A stretch of DNA of 64,000 bases from Rhizodiscina lignyota (Eukaryota): the NCBI GenBank assembly GCA_010015805.1, contig ML978138.1, positions 186,001-250,000 of the forward strand, given 5' to 3'. The translations under genes were made by a program, and so were the position numbers. Shown here one piece after another: positions 61,000 through 64,000 of this stretch. Each line of letters begins with the position of its first letter. Within the stretch, counting starts at the first letter, position 1. The notes beneath the pieces were generated by a model. That model was not told the DNA's origin. It was given only the letters and a program-made list of their open reading frames with translations, and searched no databases.

Positions 61000-63234
61000 A
61001 TGGCGGCGGACATATTCAAATTACTCTCTCGCTCCACGAAGCTCTCCAAATCGACTGGACAACCTCAAGTACCCTCGCAGAAATTTCCTTCTAGTGGAGA
61101 ACCCGCGCACCCTCAAATTTTCGGCCATAGCACGAGCGAGGATACGACTTTGGCCACTGAAACAGCATACAACCCCCCAAAAATTGGCCGGAAGCGCAAG
61201 AGAGGTCAAGCTGCGCCCGTCGAGGATGAACTACCTGCGGAGTTGGACTTCTTTGGGGCGGGTGGCACAACGGACAACATTGCCAATGGCAGAGACAAAG
61301 CGAGACTAGAACGGGAACAGGATCAGAGGGCATTGAAGAATGTGGGCACGGTTAATGGAGATGAGAAGCCCCAAGAAGAAATGGATGAAGACAAGAGGAG
61401 GCGCATACTCCGAGAGCACAAGGTCAAGATTACCGTGCTGGAGGAATGGAAGATACCCGAACCTCTAAAACCCCAGGAAAGAAAAAGCAAGAAGAAGCGA
61501 AAACACAAGGAAGAGGAAGAACTTCTCAAAGCTGCGAAGAAGAAGGCCAAGATTCAGCTTTACCCACAACCGCTCCTGTCCTTTCGAGAGTTACGTCCAC
61601 GCTACAATATATCACGAAGGCTGGCTGAGAATATTGAAGAGCAAGGATACGCAGTTCCAACTGAGGTGCAGATGGCAGCTCTTCCTCTTCTTCTCGAGCG
61701 AGATGATGGTCAGACGCCAGATATTTTGAGCGTAGCACCGACTGGGAGTGGGAAGACGTTGGCATTCTTAATTCCAGTCATGGATGGCATTATGCACCTC
61801 AGGAAAGGCTCTTCAGTAGAAATTCAAGAGAGAGATGGCGAGGATGGTCCGCTTGCAATCATTGTCGCACCGACGAAAGAGCTTGCTTCTCAGATTGTCA
61901 ATGAAGGACGGAAGTTAGCCAAGGGGACGGGTATCAAGGTAACGCTGATGAAAAAGGGCATGGAACTCATTGTTCGGTCGCAAAGTAAAACGAACGGGTC
62001 GATCAGGGTTCCGCATGATCTCAATCAAAACAACAATGAGGAGGCAGATGATGACTCCGATGACGAAGGCGAGACTGAGAGACAGTCCAGCGTGGGTACG
62101 AGAGTGAAATCTCACGTACTGGTCTCAACTCCTCTCACTCTCGTGCACGCCTTGTCAGCTGCTCCGAGTTTGCCAACAATTCATTATCTCGTTCTCGACG
62201 AAGCCGACGTCCTCCTGGATCCGCTCTTTCGGGACCAAACGCTTTCCATCTGGAATACCTGCAGCTCTCCTCACTTACGCGTCTCGCTCTGGTCCGCTAC
62301 AATGGGTTCCAATATCGAGGCACTCACGCGAAACACTATTGCGGAACGGCATTCTATGAATGCTGAAACCGACCGTACCCCTCTACTTCGCCTCGTCGTC
62401 GGCCTCCGTGATACCGCGCTACCGACAATTCACCACAAGCTGATATACTCCGCAAACGAACAAGGGAAATTACTTGCTTTGCGCCAGCTGCTGCGACCAA
62501 CCGTTCCGTCTACCAGCAAGGATTCTCTCACTTCTCCCTCCGCATCACTTCGACCACCTTTCCTGGTCTTCACTCAAACCATTCCTCGGGCGCTTGCTCT
62601 CGCTGCAGAAATTCAACATTCTATTCCTCCCTCTGCTGGTGGCGAACTACGAGTGGCATGTCTTCACGCCGACATGTCCGACACGAAGCGCGATGATGTG
62701 ATGACGCGGTTTCGCAAAGGTGAAGTGTGGGTTCTTGTAACAACAGACCTGCTCGCCAGAGGAGTGGATTTCCGAGGCATCAACGGCGTCGTCAACTACG
62801 ACATTCCGACTAGCGCAGCAGGATATATCCACCGTGTTGGACGTACGGGCAGAGCAGGGCGAGAGGGAGGTGTGGCTGTCACGCTTTACGCCGAAGAAGA
62901 TCTGCCGTTCTTGAAGCCGATTGCGAATGTGGTAGCGGCGAGTGAAAAAGCCCGAGGTGCTGACGGAGGTGCGGAGGGAGTGCAGGAGTGGTTGCTCAAT
63001 GCACTGCCGACGCCTTCGAAGAGAGAGAAGAAGATGCTGAAGAAGAGGGGTGTCGAAGCACGGCGTCCTGGTATGGAGAGCGGGAAGGGTGGTGGGAAGG
63101 TTCGGATCAGCACGAAGAGTGGTTTTGAGAGGAAGATGGAGCATAGAAGGAGGGATGCCGTCAATGCAAGAAGGAGGAAAGAACGTGAACAAGCTGGAGA
63201 GGATGAAAGCGGTTTTGATGGATTCGATGACTAA
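61000..63234 (+). CDS. ROK1: DEAD-box RNA helicase Rok1 (DDX52 family), 18S rRNA processing
   Basis: MAADIFKLLSRST start, PTEVQ, APTGSGKT, PTKELA, LDEAD, SAT, PPFLVF, ARGVDF, YIHRVGRTGRAGR. Confidence 0.93.
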   Translation: MAADIFKLLSRSTKLSKSTGQPQVPSQKFPSSGEPAHPQIFGHSTSEDTTLATETAYNPPKIGRKRKRGQAAPVEDELPAELDFFGAGGTTDNIANGRDKARLEREQDQRALKNVGTVNGDEKPQEEMDEDKRRRILREHKVKITVLEEWKIPEPLKPQERKSKKKRKHKEEEELLKAAKKKAKIQLYPQPLLSFRELRPRYNISRRLAENIEEQGYAVPTEVQMAALPLLLERDDGQTPDILSVAPTGSGKTLAFLIPVMDGIMHLRKGSSVEIQERDGEDGPLAIIVAPTKELASQIVNEGRKLAKGTGIKVTLMKKGMELIVRSQSKTNGSIRVPHDLNQNNNEEADDDSDDEGETERQSSVGTRVKSHVLVSTPLTLVHALSAAPSLPTIHYLVLDEADVLLDPLFRDQTLSIWNTCSSPHLRVSLWSATMGSNIEALTRNTIAERHSMNAETDRTPLLRLVVGLRDTALPTIHHKLIYSANEQGKLLALRQLLRPTVPSTSKDSLTSPSASLRPPFLVFTQTIPRALALAAEIQHSIPPSAGGELRVACLHADMSDTKRDDVMTRFRKGEVWVLVTTDLLARGVDFRGINGVVNYDIPTSAAGYIHRVGRTGRAGREGGVAVTLYAEEDLPFLKPIANVVAASEKARGADGGAEGVQEWLLNALPTPSKREKKMLKKRGVEARRPGMESGKGGGKVRISTKSGFERKMEHRRRDAVNARRRKEREQAGEDESGFDGFDD

Positions 63235-63284
63235 CGACGTAAGAATGGGCAGACCGAATCAATGCTTTTGAGCTATAGATATAT

Positions 63285-64000
63285 CTAAGCTTCTTCCTTG
63301 GTTTCCACGTACGCGAAAACTTTACCAACCGGCTGGGATCGATAGCCGGCCACTTCGGCGCTTTCGACAAACTTTCGAATCTCTTCCTCTTCTCCATCAG
63401 TAAGATGGATATTGAGAGCTCCACAATTCTCCTCCAGATACTTGATTCTCTTAGTACCAGGAATGGGGATCGTGTCATCGCCCTGTTTCAGAAGCCAAGC
63501 AATTGCCAACTGCGAAGAGGTACATCCTTTCTTATTTGCAAACGCTTTGAATTGATTGACAAGCTTTGCATTTGCATCCATGTTTTCCTCACTGAACCAG
63601 GGGAAGTGCGTTGCACGCCGATCATCGGAGCCAGTGACCGATTCTCTGTCCATGTATGCCCCGGTAAGCAACCCACGTCCAAGTGGGGAATAGCATACAA
63701 CGGCGACATCAAGCTCACGACAGGTTTGAAGAACGTTTGTGCCGGAATCTGTTTCAATCTCACGCACAAATGCCGAGTACTCCGTTTGGACCGCAGCAAC
63801 GGGCGCGATTTTGTAAGCACGGCGAAGAGTGTTCGAGCTCACTTCGCACAGCCCAATATGATTGATCTTGCCCTCCCTGGTGGTTGTCAGTTGACTCCAC
63901 GTCAGATTTAGTTTCACTTACGCTTTCAATTCAGCCAGTGCTCGCATTGTCTCCTCAATCGGAGTCTCGGGATTAAGACGATGAGCATAATCTAATCGAG
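63285..64000 (-). CDS. Aldo-keto reductase (YakC/AKR13-like), 5' part outside the window
   Basis: YAHRLNPETPIEETM..ELKA|EGKINHIGLCE..VQTEYS..YSPLGRG..IPIPGTKRIKYLEEN. Intron 63921-63877; another acceptor at ~63992. Confidence 0.92.

Overview
Gene-dense, intron-containing region of a filamentous ascomycete (Pezizomycotina) nuclear genome. Introns are short GT-AG with CTRAY-type branch sites; a more precise taxon cannot be given from sequence alone. About 24 protein genes were reconstructed by hand-splicing. Housekeeping genes: MRD1, PPIL4-type cyclophilin-RRM, RMD5/GID2, NUM1/ApsA, CWC24, ITR-type transporter, ATP20, ROK1. Metabolic genes: GNAT, beta-carbonic anhydrase, carboxylesterase, old yellow enzyme, aldo-keto reductase. 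Others: a Zn2Cys6 transcription factor, an EST1/SMG6-like protein with a degenerate PIN-like tail, a HET-domain protein, F-box and RING proteins, and a Gly/Ser-rich GPI wall protein. Elements missed or only partly shown by the ORF track: a 7-exon dynein light chain LC8 gene, a 5-exon zinc-ribbon gene, a 2-exon Cys-motif microprotein, an snR64-like box C/D snoRNA in MRD1 intron 2, an aberrant tRNA-like Pol III-type element at 32.6-32.7 kb, and a decayed ~270-bp triplication at 19.1-19.9 kb. No transposon, CRISPR array or rRNA gene was seen. I found no clearly new multi-gene system; the best novelty candidates are the tRNA-like element and the C2H2-EST1-pseudoPIN protein. All family calls come from motif recognition, not database searches.
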